DNA of 64,000 nucleotides, from the NCBI GenBank assembly GCA_027365475.1, contig DAHXNI010000080.1:5490-69489 (forward strand), given 5' to 3'. Within the stretch, counting starts at the first letter, position 1. Every line of letters begins with the position of its first letter. This DNA comes from Pseudomonadota bacterium (GTDB lineage: Bacteria; Pseudomonadota; Gammaproteobacteria; JAKAQQ01). Below are positions 35,084 to 45,506 of the stretch, piece by piece. Both the position numbers and the translations under genes were made by a program. The notes under the pieces are model-generated. The model did not search any database, was not told where the DNA came from, and was given only the letters and a program-made list of their open reading frames with translations.

Positions 35084-35186
35084 TGGCCTTTCTCGCCAAA
35101 GCTTGCTTGGAAAGCATGCTGTTAGCCAATCGGCTATCCGGCGACCCGCGCATCGCTAACACTGAAAAGAGCATGCCGACACGAAG

Positions 35187-36338
35187 ATGACCCGAATCCC
35201 CATCAACCCCGATCTGCTGATTTGGGCGCGCGAGCGTGCTGGATTGGACAGGCTCGCGCTGGCAAGACCCTTCCCCAAACTCTCCGAGTGGGAAGACGGG
35301 GCACTAGCGCCAACCTTGCGGCAATTAGAGAACTTCGCCAGAGCGGTGCATGTGCCCGTGGGGTTCTTGTTCTTGCCCACTCCGCCGGAGGAGGTGCTAC
35401 CTATCCCCGATTTTCGTACGCTGGCTGCCCGTAAAGTCTCCCGCCCCAGTCCAAATTTGCTAGACACGATTTATCTGTGCCAGCAACGGCAAGACTGGTT
35501 TCGCGAATATGCCCGCATACACGCGCTGACACCATTACCCTTCGTGGGCAGTGTACGCGTGCGGGATGCACCCGAGCACATAGCAGGAATGATGCAGCAG
35601 GCGCTGTCACTCTCGATCTCGGAGCGACAGCAGCTGCCCACCTGGACCGATGCCCTGCGCCAGCTCATCAATAAGACGGAAGACGCTGGCGTTCTAGTGA
35701 TGTCCAGCTCCACCCTCGGTAGCAACAGCCACCGCAAGTTGGATGTGTCGGAGTTCCGCGGTTTTGCGCTGGCGGACGACCTGGCACCACTGGTATTCAT
35801 CAATGCCGCCGATAGCAAGGCGGCGCAGATGTTCACGCTGGCACACGAGCTGGCGCACCTGTGGCTGGGAGAGAGCGGCATTTCCAATACCGAGGCGGGG
35901 CAGTTTCCCAAGCAAGGTGTCGAACGCTGGTGCAACGCGGTGGCCTCGGAATTTCTGGTACCCCTAGCTGCGCTGCGGCGCAAGCATCAGGCCGATGTGC
36001 CGTTAGAGGCTGAGATTCAGCGCCTGGCGCGTACTTTCAAAGTCAGTACGCTGGTGGTCCTACGCCGACAGTTTGATGCGGGTTTCATTGATCAGACCAC
36101 CCTCTGGCAGAACTATCTAGACGAACTGGCCCGTATCCGCGCGCTCGACCAGAGTGGTAGCGGTAGCGGCGATTTCTACCGCACTCTGGGAGCACGTACC
36201 GGAAAGCGATTCGCACGAGCAGTGCTCTCTAGTACGCTGGAAGGGCAGACCCTGTTTCGGGATGCCTTTCGGATGCTGGGCGTGCGCAAGACTTCCACTT
36301 TCTATGAGGCGGCGCGCGAGCTGGGGGTGATGCTGTGA
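35187..36338 (+). CDS. XRE-family HTH domain fused to ImmA/IrrE (DUF955) zinc metallopeptidase
   Basis: 383 aa; N-terminal HTH region; HEXXH zinc-binding motif in FTLAHELAHLWLGE. Confidence 0.8.
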   Translation: MTRIPINPDLLIWARERAGLDRLALARPFPKLSEWEDGALAPTLRQLENFARAVHVPVGFLFLPTPPEEVLPIPDFRTLAARKVSRPSPNLLDTIYLCQQRQDWFREYARIHALTPLPFVGSVRVRDAPEHIAGMMQQALSLSISERQQLPTWTDALRQLINKTEDAGVLVMSSSTLGSNSHRKLDVSEFRGFALADDLAPLVFINAADSKAAQMFTLAHELAHLWLGESGISNTEAGQFPKQGVERWCNAVASEFLVPLAALRRKHQADVPLEAEIQRLARTFKVSTLVVLRRQFDAGFIDQTTLWQNYLDELARIRALDQSGSGSGDFYRTLGARTGKRFARAVLSSTLEGQTLFRDAFRMLGVRKTSTFYEAARELGVML

Positions 36339-36835
36339 GCTACCTGCTTGATGCTAACGTCTTCATCCAGGCCAAGAACCTGCACTATGGACTGGATTTC
36401 TGCCCCGCCTTCTGGGATTGGTTGATCGACAATAACGCGGCTGGTCGTGTGTTCAGTATCGATAAGATCGCGGATGAAATCGCGGCTGGCGCCGACGAAC
36501 TGAACGATTGGGCGCGTGAACAGAGCCATGGCCTGTTTCTACAAACCGGCCCGTCGGTCGCGGCCCAGTTCGGGAAGGTCAGCACTTGGACTATGCAGCA
36601 ACAGTACGAACCGGGAGCTATAAACACCTTTTTGCAGGTAGCTGACTTCTATCTCATTGCCCACGCCCTAGCGTCTGGGCATGTGGTAGTGACTCACGAA
36701 GTGCCAGCCAACTCGGCCAAGCGTGTCAAAATCCCAAATGCATGCATCGGTTTGGGTGTGAAGTTCATGACACCCTATGAAATGCCGCGAACAGAACGTG
36801 CACGATTTGTTCTGAGCAGGGGCAGTGGTCACTGA
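36335..36835 (+). CDS. DUF4411-family protein (PIN-like; usual partner of ImmA/IrrE-HTH proteins)
   Basis: GTG start giving [18 protein letters not shown]..., the characteristic DUF4411 N-terminus. 4-bp overlap upstream, 1-bp overlap with hsdR. Confidence 0.7.
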   Translation: MSYLLDANVFIQAKNLHYGLDFCPAFWDWLIDNNAAGRVFSIDKIADEIAAGADELNDWAREQSHGLFLQTGPSVAAQFGKVSTWTMQQQYEPGAINTFLQVADFYLIAHALASGHVVVTHEVPANSAKRVKIPNACIGLGVKFMTPYEMPRTERARFVLSRGSGH

Positions 36836-39800
36836 TGAGTTTGTTTTCTGAATCCACCGTCGAATCAGCCGCCCTTGGGTGGCTGGAGTCCCTCGGTTAT
36901 GCCATCCTCAACGGTCCCGATATTGCCATCGGCATGCCGGATGCCGAGCGTAGCGATTACGGCCAAGTGGTGTTGCCGCAGCGGCTGCGCGAAGCCCTAG
37001 CGCGACTTAACCCCGAGCTTCCCGCCGAGGCGCTGGAAGACGCCTTCCGCAAGCTGACGCGGCCGGAGGGTGTTGAGCCAGTGGCGCGCAACCACGGCGT
37101 ACATCGCCTTCTGGTGGAAGGGGTGACGGTCGAATATCGCACCGCTGCTGGTGAGATCCGTGGTGCACAAGCACAGGTAATCGACTGCGATATTCCAGAA
37201 AATAATGACTGGCTCGCGGTCAACCAGTTCACCGTTACCGAAAACAAGCACAATCGGCGGCCGGATGTGGTGCTATTCATCAACGGCCTGCCGCTGGTGC
37301 TGATCGAGTTGAAGAATGCCGCTGACGAAAACGCCACCCTATGGTCGGCTTTTCAGCAGCTCCAGACCTACCAGGCGGAACTTCCCACGCTCTTTGCCTA
37401 TAACGCGCTGCTGGTGATTTCAGACGGTGTCGAGGCGCGCATCGGCACGTTTACCGCCGGACGGGAGTGGTTCAAACCCTGGCGCACGATTGCCGGTGAA
37501 ACGCTGGCCGATCCCAACCTGCCGGAATTGCAGGTGATGCTGGAGGGTGTGTTCAATAAGCGGCGATTGCTCGCTCTTCTGCGGGATTTCATTGTCTTCG
37601 AAGATGAAGGCAGAGGGCGCTTAGTCAAGAAGATGGCGGGCTATCACCAGTTCCACGCCGTGAATGTGGCTGTCGCAGAGACACTCCGAGCGGCGAAACT
37701 GGGGGCAGCCGAAGCCATGGGGCGTTATGAGAGTGGACGCCAACCCGGTGGCGATCCCGGTGATCGGCGCATTGGCGTCGTCTGGCATACCCAGGGCTCC
37801 GGCAAGAGCTTGACCATGGTTTTCTATGCCGGTCGCATTATCCGCGAACCCGCGATGGCGAATCCCACTATTGTGGTCCTCACCGACCGCAACGACTTGG
37901 ACGATCAGCTTTTCGGTACCTTTTCCCGCTGCACCGACATGTTACGCCAGCCGCCGGTACAGGCCGACAGCCGAGCTGATCTCCACGACAAACTCAACGT
38001 GGATGCGGGAGGTGTGGTGTTTACCACTCTCCAGAAGTTCTTCCCCGAAACGAAAGGTGACCGGCACCCGGTGCTTTCAACACGGCATAACATTGTGGTG
38101 ATTGCCGATGAGGCGCATCGTAGTCAGTATGACTTCATTGATGGCTTTGCCCGCCACATGCGAGATGCACTCCCCCATGCCTCCTTCATCGGCTTTACCG
38201 GCACCCCGATCGAGCAAACCGATGCCAATACCCGGGCAGTGTTCGGCGATTACATCAGCATTTATGATATCCAGCGGGCGGTTGAAGACCGGGCGACCGT
38301 ACCGATTTACTACGAGAGCCGCCTTGCCAAGCTCAATCTCAATGAAGCGGAAAAGCCGACCATCGACGCTTCCTTCGAGGAAGTCACCGAGGGCGAGGAA
38401 GTGGACCGCAAGGAAAAACTCAAGAGCAGGTGGGCGCAGCTTGAAGCTGTGGTCGGCGCGGAGACGCGTCTCAAGCGAATTGCTGAGGATATCGTCTCCC
38501 ATTTCGAGGCACGACAGGAGGCCATCGACGGCAAGGCGATGATTGTGTGCATGAGCCGGCGTATCTGCCTGGATCTCCACGATGAGATCAAGAAACTGCG
38601 CCCGTCCTGGATTCACGCCGATGATGATAAGGGTTTGATGAAGGTAGTCATGACTGGCAACGCCTCGGAAGGTCCCCGGGTGGCTGAACACGCGCGTAAT
38701 AAGGCACGGCGCGAAGACTTGGCCAATCGCTTTCGGGATGCCGGGGACCCCCTGAAACTCGTCATCGTCCGGGACATGTGGCTCACAGGCTTCGATGCCC
38801 CGAGCCTTCATACCATGTATCTCGACAAGCCCATGCGCAACCATGGGCTGATGCAGACCATCGCGCGGGTAAACCGGGTATTCAAGAACAAACCTGGCGG
38901 ACTGGTTGTGGATTATCTGGGACTGGCGCCGGCACTCAAGGCGGCGCTCGCCACCTACACGGAAAGCGGCGGTACGGGCCGGACCGCTATTGACCAGAAA
39001 GAAGCCATCGCGGTCATGCAGGAGAAATACGAGATCTGCACCGGACTGCTGCATGGTTTCGATTGGTCCCGGTGGAGTTCGGGTACCCCACAAGAGCGCT
39101 TAGCGCTGCTACCGGCCGCCCAAGAACATCTCCTCAAACAAGAGGACGGTAAAACCCGTTGGCTTCAAGCTGTGCAGGCATTGTCTCAAGCTTTTGCCCT
39201 CGCGGTTCCGAGTGCCGAGGCCCTCGATATCCGCGATGATGTGGCATTCTTCCAGGCCTTGAGGGCAAGTCTTGCCAAGCGTGCACCGGGAGAAGCGAGC
39301 TCGGAAGAAGATCTCGACCAAGCGGTTCGCCAGATCGTCTCCCGGGCGGTGGCTTCGGAAGGCATCCTGGATATTTTCGCTGCGGCGGGTTTGAAAAAAC
39401 CCGATCTCTCGATCCTCTCCGAAGAGTTCCTGGCAGAGGTACGCGGCATGCCCCAGAAGAATCTGGCGGTTGAATTGTTGCGCAAGCTTCTGGACGGTGA
39501 GATCCGCACCAGCGGTCGCAAGAATATAGTGCAGGCCCGGACTTTCTCAGAGATGCTGGAGAAAACCCTGCATCGCTACCAGAGTCGGGCGATCGAAGCC
39601 GCCCAGGTCATCGAGGAACTCATTGATCTGGCCCGGGATATCCGGGAGGCCCAGGCGCGGGGCGAACAACTGGGATTGACGGACGATGAGATTGCGTTCT
39701 ACGATGCGCTGGAAACCAATGACAGCGCAGTGAAGGTGTTGGGCGAGCCGACGCTCAAAGACATTGCCCGGGAACTGGTCAAGACTGTGCGCAGCAATGT

Positions 39801-39966
39801 CACCATTGACTGGACGCTGCGGGAAAATGTCCGCGCTAAACTGCGCGTCTCGGTCAAGCGCATCTTGCGCGAGTACGGCTATCCGCCGGATAAGCAGGAA
39901 AAAGCCACACAGACTGTTCTTGAACAGGCAGAACTCTTATCCGGCCAATGGGCTGAGGTCTCATGA
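36835..39966 (+). CDS. hsdR: Type I restriction enzyme, endonuclease/helicase subunit HsdR
   Basis: 1043 aa; N-terminal nuclease domain, SF2 helicase motifs ([10 protein letters not shown]; [15 protein letters not shown] box), C-terminal HsdR_C. Confidence 0.9.
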   Translation: MSLFSESTVESAALGWLESLGYAILNGPDIAIGMPDAERSDYGQVVLPQRLREALARLNPELPAEALEDAFRKLTRPEGVEPVARNHGVHRLLVEGVTVEYRTAAGEIRGAQAQVIDCDIPENNDWLAVNQFTVTENKHNRRPDVVLFINGLPLVLIELKNAADENATLWSAFQQLQTYQAELPTLFAYNALLVISDGVEARIGTFTAGREWFKPWRTIAGETLADPNLPELQVMLEGVFNKRRLLALLRDFIVFEDEGRGRLVKKMAGYHQFHAVNVAVAETLRAAKLGAAEAMGRYESGRQPGGDPGDRRIGVVWHTQGSGKSLTMVFYAGRIIREPAMANPTIVVLTDRNDLDDQLFGTFSRCTDMLRQPPVQADSRADLHDKLNVDAGGVVFTTLQKFFPETKGDRHPVLSTRHNIVVIADEAHRSQYDFIDGFARHMRDALPHASFIGFTGTPIEQTDANTRAVFGDYISIYDIQRAVEDRATVPIYYESRLAKLNLNEAEKPTIDASFEEVTEGEEVDRKEKLKSRWAQLEAVVGAETRLKRIAEDIVSHFEARQEAIDGKAMIVCMSRRICLDLHDEIKKLRPSWIHADDDKGLMKVVMTGNASEGPRVAEHARNKARREDLANRFRDAGDPLKLVIVRDMWLTGFDAPSLHTMYLDKPMRNHGLMQTIARVNRVFKNKPGGLVVDYLGLAPALKAALATYTESGGTGRTAIDQKEAIAVMQEKYEICTGLLHGFDWSRWSSGTPQERLALLPAAQEHLLKQEDGKTRWLQAVQALSQAFALAVPSAEALDIRDDVAFFQALRASLAKRAPGEASSEEDLDQAVRQIVSRAVASEGILDIFAAAGLKKPDLSILSEEFLAEVRGMPQKNLAVELLRKLLDGEIRTSGRKNIVQARTFSEMLEKTLHRYQSRAIEAAQVIEELIDLARDIREAQARGEQLGLTDDEIAFYDALETNDSAVKVLGEPTLKDIARELVKTVRSNVTIDWTLRENVRAKLRVSVKRILREYGYPPDKQEKATQTVLEQAELLSGQWAEVS

Positions 39967-40127
39967 AATGGGTTCCGGTGGTGATTTTCTGGTCGTCGCA
40001 ATTGTGTGGTGGATCGCCTTTCGAATAATTTGGACACACATCTGGGCGTCGAATGAGAGCAACGGTAAGTGTACATGTGCGAGATGAAGCGTTGGTCAGT
40101 CGGAGATATGGAGTATGCTTACTTTCA

Positions 40128-40880
40128 TTATGACTGAAGCAAACCTTCAAGCCTAATATGCATACCTGCGGTCGCCAATTCCTGAGCAACTTTGGTACGC
40201 CACGCCCCCTTTTCGTCAAGTTCGGTGAACAAGACCCCATGAAGATCGGAAGGAACGTCAAGACCTGATACAAACAGTGCAGATACACGGCTCCGGCCGA
40301 GCTTGCCCGTGAAGTACCCGAGTTCAAGTATTACGTTCTGGCGTGCTCTCGGCGCGAGGTCTGCCTGGGCGCCAGCCTTCGATCCAACGTCATCTCCAGT
40401 CAAGAGAACGACTGCAAAGGGTACATCAGCATAGGACTCAAACTTTTCAATGACGGTTCTACCCTGGTTGGCCTGTTCATGGAGGATGATCGGTTCAAGA
40501 CCTACATGCTCCAAAAAGCGCGCGACTAACTCCTTTGCAGCTATGTCGTGGCCATGTACCAAAAAGACATTTCGGGAATTCGATTCGGTTACAGGTGCGC
40601 GCTGCGCAGATCCGGTCGGTAATTTTGACTCAACCAATCTAACAGGCTCAATTCGCAGAGCCAAACCTTCGAGATAACCAAGCTGGCAGTCACGATACTT
40701 CCGCCATTCAAGGTAAGGGTACCCTGCGTCAAACGCTGCGAATGCGGAAGCGGTCTCCTCTCCAAGTGCTGCACGAAGGAAAGCCTCGGATCGGCTAGAC
40801 CAGGTTGAGTATTCGGTCGCGGAATCGCATTTCAGACCAATGTCAATCAGCGTTTCGACTCGCTGTGCAAAAGACTCCAT
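40128..40880 (-). CDS. TIR-like (COG4271/PF10137-type) domain protein with ~110-aa N-terminal domain of unknown function
   Basis: C-terminal ~135 aa NVFLVHGHD..ARFLEHVGLEPIILHEQANQGRTVIEKFE..VPFAVVLLTGDD...RARQNVILELGYFTGKLGRSRV matches the consensus of the 'predicted nucleotide-binding protein containing TIR-like domain' family. Confidence 0.55.
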   Translation of the reverse strand: MESFAQRVETLIDIGLKCDSATEYSTWSSRSEAFLRAALGEETASAFAAFDAGYPYLEWRKYRDCQLGYLEGLALRIEPVRLVESKLPTGSAQRAPVTESNSRNVFLVHGHDIAAKELVARFLEHVGLEPIILHEQANQGRTVIEKFESYADVPFAVVLLTGDDVGSKAGAQADLAPRARQNVILELGYFTGKLGRSRVSALFVSGLDVPSDLHGVLFTELDEKGAWRTKVAQELATAGMHIRLEGLLQS

Positions 40881-41039
40881 GGTGGCTCCGCTCCGTTGTG
40901 TGCGCTCTAACGATTAATATAGGGACGCAAGTTTCCGTATAACAATTATTAGGGTGCCCATTGTGCTCATGTAATCCCCTGATTCGCAAGTACTTTCAGA
41001 TTTCCTGCGTTTCTATAATACCCCCTATCATACGGACAG

Positions 41040-41335
41040 TTTGGAATGGCCCTGACTGGCGAGTAAGCGCCAGGTTTCGGCGTCAACGCAGAGTCAGGCC
41101 CTGAATGCAATTGTTTTTCTCTATGACTGTATCTTGTCCAAGCCTTTGAGCGAAATGATGGGGCTCAAGCGGGTTCCGCACCGTCACCGGATTCCAGTGA
41201 TCCTGACCTGAGAAGAGATCAAAGCGGTGCTGGGCTTAATGGCGGGTCTCGTTCGGGACGAGCTCCCGTCCGCGGTCGATGCCCACGAAAGACTGCATGG
41301 AAGCCGATTCGTAGACGGCGTCTTCGAGGGCAGAA
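41040..41335 (+). pseudogene. fragment of an integron-integrase/XerD-like tyrosine recombinase (N-terminal domain), with in-frame stops
   Basis: LASKRQVSASTQSQALNAIVFLYDCILSKPLSEMMGLKRVPHRHRIPVILT*EEIKAVLGLMAGLV parallels IntI ([22 protein letters not shown]...[22 protein letters not shown]). No catalytic domain follows. Confidence 0.45.
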
Positions 41336-41384
41336 CCCGCCCTCATATCCCGATTTACCCGAATACCTGAATAACCATCGAGGG

Positions 41385-42356
41385 ATGGTGAGCATTGATA
41401 CCGATTGGCACAGGGGTGGGCATATAATCGAATCCCTGATCATGAGCGCTCTTTTTTACGACCCTGAAAAAAAGCTGCGGTACGCTCTACCGCCTCGGCT
41501 CCCCCACTGGCTGCCCCAGGCGATCGCAGAGTTCGTGAGGAAGATCGCCGCCCGGGAACCCGCTCCTCAAAACCTCGATGCGGCACTCTGGTGGCACGAA
41601 GATTACGGGCCGCGCCTCAAGCGGCTCATCACCCATCGGGACATGGAGCGGGTCTGGACCCGGCTGGCCCAAGCTCCCCTCAACCCGAGCATACAAGCCG
41701 TACCCGGAAATGTAGAATCGATCCGGGAGGTGTTTCTCGTCTCCTACCTCCGCACCGCTGTCTATCCGGGCCTGCCCGAATCCTTCGTGGAGAGCATCCC
41801 CTCCTGCGAGGAAATCCAGGAAACCCTCTGTGACATCGCCCGGCTCGCCGAAAAACTCTGCGACCGGCTCGGCGGGAAAACCCCAGATTGTGATCATCAC
41901 TTCACCCCGTGGCTCATGTTTGAGGCCGCGTCCAGAAAGGTCCGGTCCGACCCACAACTCGCCCCCCTGCGCGAGAAACTCCTTTGGCTCCAAAAGGTCC
42001 ATGAAAACCATTACTGGCGACCGGGCAATCCCTCTGCCGACGACCACCTGATCAACCTCCGGGCACCGTTCTCCTCCCTGAACCTGCAGCTTGAGAGCCT
42101 GGGCCTCCTGGCCCGCATCGCCGCCAAAGAGCAGCCCAAAACTCCCAAGCGTTCAAAGACCTTATATCCCCGCCTCCTCGCCCAGACCCTTGCCCGCCTA
42201 GCTGATTCCTGCCTCGCGGGTCACTACTGGCAGGCCATCGCCACCACCGTCACGGTTTCTCTCGCACTCGATCCCCCCTTCACCGAATCCCACGTCCGCT
42301 CCTGCCTTCGGGAGGGCGCAGGAAAATCACGGAAAAGCACCCCGAATCATACGTAA
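41385..42356 (+). CDS. hypothetical protein (323 aa; alternative start at 41445), no recognisable domain
   Basis: Long ORF with a GAGGGA RBS-like sequence 4 nt upstream of the ATG; divergent from the TIR-like gene. Confidence 0.45.
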   Translation: MVSIDTDWHRGGHIIESLIMSALFYDPEKKLRYALPPRLPHWLPQAIAEFVRKIAAREPAPQNLDAALWWHEDYGPRLKRLITHRDMERVWTRLAQAPLNPSIQAVPGNVESIREVFLVSYLRTAVYPGLPESFVESIPSCEEIQETLCDIARLAEKLCDRLGGKTPDCDHHFTPWLMFEAASRKVRSDPQLAPLREKLLWLQKVHENHYWRPGNPSADDHLINLRAPFSSLNLQLESLGLLARIAAKEQPKTPKRSKTLYPRLLAQTLARLADSCLAGHYWQAIATTVTVSLALDPPFTESHVRSCLREGAGKSRKSTPNHT

Positions 42357-42416
42357 ACCCGGGAGCCATCGCCCCTATCATCAATGGTGAATCCACTCCA
42401 TTCGAGGTTCACCTCC

Positions 42417-42473
42417 ATGAAACAGCTCATCGACATCGACACACTCTCCGAAACCCTCGCCATCCCCAACCGG
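42417..42473 (+). pseudogene. AlpA-like (phage transcriptional regulator) gene, 5' fragment cut by an IS insertion
   Basis: MKQLIDIDTLSETLAIPNR: the 'LS..L.I' start of the AlpA HTH, truncated at the IS left end. Confidence 0.4.
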
Positions 42474-44534
42474 GGTTTAACAAGTAGCAAAAAATATGTT
42501 TCCCATTCAAGTTGTTACGATTTCAAGAATCGAGTGTGCGTTACCAACGCCTCAACGTGGTATCAAACGACCAGTTTCTTGGTCTCCCCCGGCTTCGGAC
42601 CAAGCCCCAAGGCCTGGTAAATCGCCTGGAGTTCGGGTTCGGCCACCGTGCTCTGGCGCACATGCAGCGTGCGCCCATCGCGGCGGCGAACGCTGGCCGT
42701 GACACGGCGCTGAACCGATAAGATCTCGCGCAGGCTCGACCAGCTCTCGTGGATGCCCTTTTCCTTCAGTGGGCGCCGCAGGGTCTGCACCACTTGATAG
42801 GCGAGCACGCTGATGAACAGATGCCCATCGGTGCGCGCTTCCTTGTGATGATAGACCGGCCGCAGGCCGAGCTCCGACTTCAGGCTGCGAATCACCGCCT
42901 CCAGGTCGGTCAGCATGATATAGGTGTGCCACAACCGCGCCTCGTCCCAGTGGGTTTCATTGGTGCGAAGACAATAGACGCCGGGGTGGGTAAGGAGCGT
43001 GCCCTCGATTGGCTGTTTCACCCAAGTGAGCGAGGCCGCTTGCTCACCGCTCTCATCGGGCGTCAAGGCAATGAGGTAATGCTGTCCCACGCGGCTTCGC
43101 TCCTTCAGTCGTCCAATGCGTTCCTGGAGCTTCGAGATGCGTTTTTCACCGCGGGGTTTGTCGAGTCCCTCGGCCATGGCCTTCAGCCCGGTCTCGAGCC
43201 GCGCACACAGCCGCCGCGCGATCGCCGACTCCTTCGCTTGGCGTCCCGTGGAGTAGCAATGCAGTTGCACCTCGCTGCCATCCGCGCTGGTTACCTTCTG
43301 GATCTGGAGGGTCTCGTGGCTCGCCGTCTCGATCGCGATGGCAGGGGCCGCCTCGAAGTGGCGCGTGCGCTTGCGGCTGACGACGAGATAGCGATACCCG
43401 CAGGCGACGAGCCAGGCGAGGTTCGCCTCACTCGCGATACCGGCATCCATCACGATGAGACAGCCGCGGGGAGCGCCCAGCCCCGCCAGCATCGCTTCGA
43501 GCGTTTTGACCTCCGCGGCATTGCCGGCAAAGGTCTGGGAGCGGCGAATAAAGCCGCTGCCATCGAGTACGAGCCCGAGCGTCACGAGCGGACAATCACT
43601 TCGTTTTTCCTTGGAACGCCCGCGGGCAGCCTGGGGATTGGCGGCGGCGGTGCCTTCAAAATACGTATTCGTGAGATCGTAGAGCGTTACCGTGGTCTCT
43701 AGCCCAAAGAGATCGCGGACGTTCTCAAAGAGCTTGGATTCGATCGTGGCGCGGTATTTGATGAGCCGATCCGATGCCCGATAGAGCGCCATCATCGACA
43801 TCGCCTCGAAATCGACTTCCATCAATTCACCCAAACCACTCGTCATCGTGAGCCAGCGCCAGGTGGCCAGTTCCGAGCCCGGTTGGGCCAGGCGTCCGAT
43901 CACGTTGGCCAGGGCGGCGTTCTTTAATTTACCATTGAAGCCACACTCGGTGAGGATCGCCTCCAGCCCCAGTTGCTTCATGGCATGCCAGGCGACGTAC
44001 TCGACACCGATCGAGCGCGGACGCACCTGCTCGAGCGAGTCGAGGGCGACCTCCGCAAACACCGGGGGCGCGGTGGCGGAGGCTACCGCGGCAGGGGTTG
44101 GCGCGCGCACCACCAACCGCGCCGCATAGCGTTGCGCCAGGCGCTCGAGGCGCGGGCCCAAGGGCACGGCCGAGAGCGATGTCTGGGCGGAGAGAATCTG
44201 CTCGAGGCGGGCACAGAGCGCGGGCCAATGCTTGGGGGCCACGCCAAAATCCCGCCCGAGATTGAGCCGCGCCACCTGGCGGACACTCTTTCCGTGTCGT
44301 TCGCTGCTCACCAGGCGATAAGTGACGTAGGACTCCCCATTCAGTTTGCTGCGCGTGGCGGTGCGGCGGATGAACATGCACGCACGCTACACACCCGCGG
44401 TGCCCGGGACAAGGGGGTCAATGAAATATTATGGCACTACAAACGGCCCGCGCGAACCGGGTGGTCGAAACATCAATACGTTACCTTCGCCAAGGGGGTC
44501 GAGAAGGCATGTTTTGGAAGGGGAAGTGTTAAAG
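42474..44534 (-). mobile_element. IS1634-family (IS4 superfamily) insertion sequence, ~2.06 kb, flanked by ACCGG on both sides
   Basis: Imperfect terminal IRs (GGTTTAACAAG.. / ..CTTTAACAC); single 604-aa transposase; ACCGG at 42469-42473 and 44535-44539. The exact ends are uncertain. Confidence 0.6.
42563..44377 (-). CDS. IS1634/IS4-family DDE transposase
   Basis: 604 aa; the size and the MFIRRTATRSKLNGESYVTYRLV... N-terminus are typical of IS1634-group transposases. Confidence 0.7.
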   Translation of the reverse strand: MFIRRTATRSKLNGESYVTYRLVSSERHGKSVRQVARLNLGRDFGVAPKHWPALCARLEQILSAQTSLSAVPLGPRLERLAQRYAARLVVRAPTPAAVASATAPPVFAEVALDSLEQVRPRSIGVEYVAWHAMKQLGLEAILTECGFNGKLKNAALANVIGRLAQPGSELATWRWLTMTSGLGELMEVDFEAMSMMALYRASDRLIKYRATIESKLFENVRDLFGLETTVTLYDLTNTYFEGTAAANPQAARGRSKEKRSDCPLVTLGLVLDGSGFIRRSQTFAGNAAEVKTLEAMLAGLGAPRGCLIVMDAGIASEANLAWLVACGYRYLVVSRKRTRHFEAAPAIAIETASHETLQIQKVTSADGSEVQLHCYSTGRQAKESAIARRLCARLETGLKAMAEGLDKPRGEKRISKLQERIGRLKERSRVGQHYLIALTPDESGEQAASLTWVKQPIEGTLLTHPGVYCLRTNETHWDEARLWHTYIMLTDLEAVIRSLKSELGLRPVYHHKEARTDGHLFISVLAYQVVQTLRRPLKEKGIHESWSSLREILSVQRRVTASVRRRDGRTLHVRQSTVAEPELQAIYQALGLGPKPGETKKLVV

Positions 44535-44538
44535 ACCG

Positions 44539-44766
44539 GCCAAGGGATCCATCCGCAACGCGCTCTGGCGCGGACAGGGCGGCATCAACATCCCGAATCC
44601 TATCCGCATCGGCCGCTGCCTGCGCTGGGATACCGAATCTGTCGACCAGTGGATCGCGGGCAAGTCCACAGAGCCATCATCCGCCCGGGGGAAACGCCGG
44701 AAAAGACCGGATGCGCTTCCGGCCCGACCATACAGTCTGTCGGGAAAACCCGGTGCTGAGACGTGA
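44539..44766 (+). pseudogene. AlpA-like regulator, 3' portion (HTH recognition helix and C-terminus)
   Basis: AKGSIRNALWRGQGGINIPNPIRIGRCLRWDTESVDQWIAGKS matches the Phage_AlpA pattern (P.PI.IG.R.VRW...EV..WI). Confidence 0.55.
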
Positions 44767-45506
44767 CCGCGCCCGCGTGGCCATCTCCGCCCGGGACCAC
44801 CCCACCCAGTTTCCGCTTTCTCCTTACCGATGCGGGCGATCGCTGCTGGCCAGGCCAGGACCCGGTTTCCATCGGTCGCCTGGTTTTCGGACGATCACAA
44901 TGGAAGGGATCAGGCTCAGAGGCTTCCCAAGTTTGCGGTCGTCATCAGAACTGAACCAGCCGATGGGTGCTGCGGACGCTCCCCGATAAGGAATGTTCAG
45001 GCCTCATGCGAATCGATTCACTGAAAACTGCCGGATCGTTGCCCACGCCGGCTCCCCTGGATCAGCTGCCCGTGTTCGAGCAGGAAGCCGCACTCGTGGA
45101 ACAGTCTGCTGAATATAATCGGCTATGTGCAATCTCTGGTTGGAAACTGAAATTTGCTATACGAATTCCGGTATTCTTGATACATTGCCTCTGGTTGGAA
45201 TAAGGCTTGCCTATCACCTGAATGTCGCTTCACACTTGGTTGCAAATCATGAATTCCTCAGAAGTCGAATGCCTGCAACTGACCCACACTGGTCAGCCCG
45301 ACTGACCACAACAAATGTCTGGTTTTCGGCCGGAGCCGCCGGTGGCGTGCTGCACCAGCCAGGTCAGCTATGCACCACACACCGGCCATTGGCTAGAGAT
45401 GCCGCTGACGGGCCGCTTTCAACTTCGGCGAATGTCGCCGACGAATATCGCGTTGCCGCCAAAACAGCTATAATGTATCGCATCTGCAATGCAATCGGAG
45501 ACATCG

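Noticed and set aside
41385-42356. Reading the 323-aa ORF as the continuation of the upstream integrase fragment
   Set aside because: No R…HxxR…Y catalytic motifs and no similarity to recombinase catalytic domains; it is treated as an unrelated hypothetical gene.
44967-45203. 78-aa plus-strand ORF in the alpA-parD spacer
   Set aside because: No start context or recognisable motif. It may be real but is unsupported.
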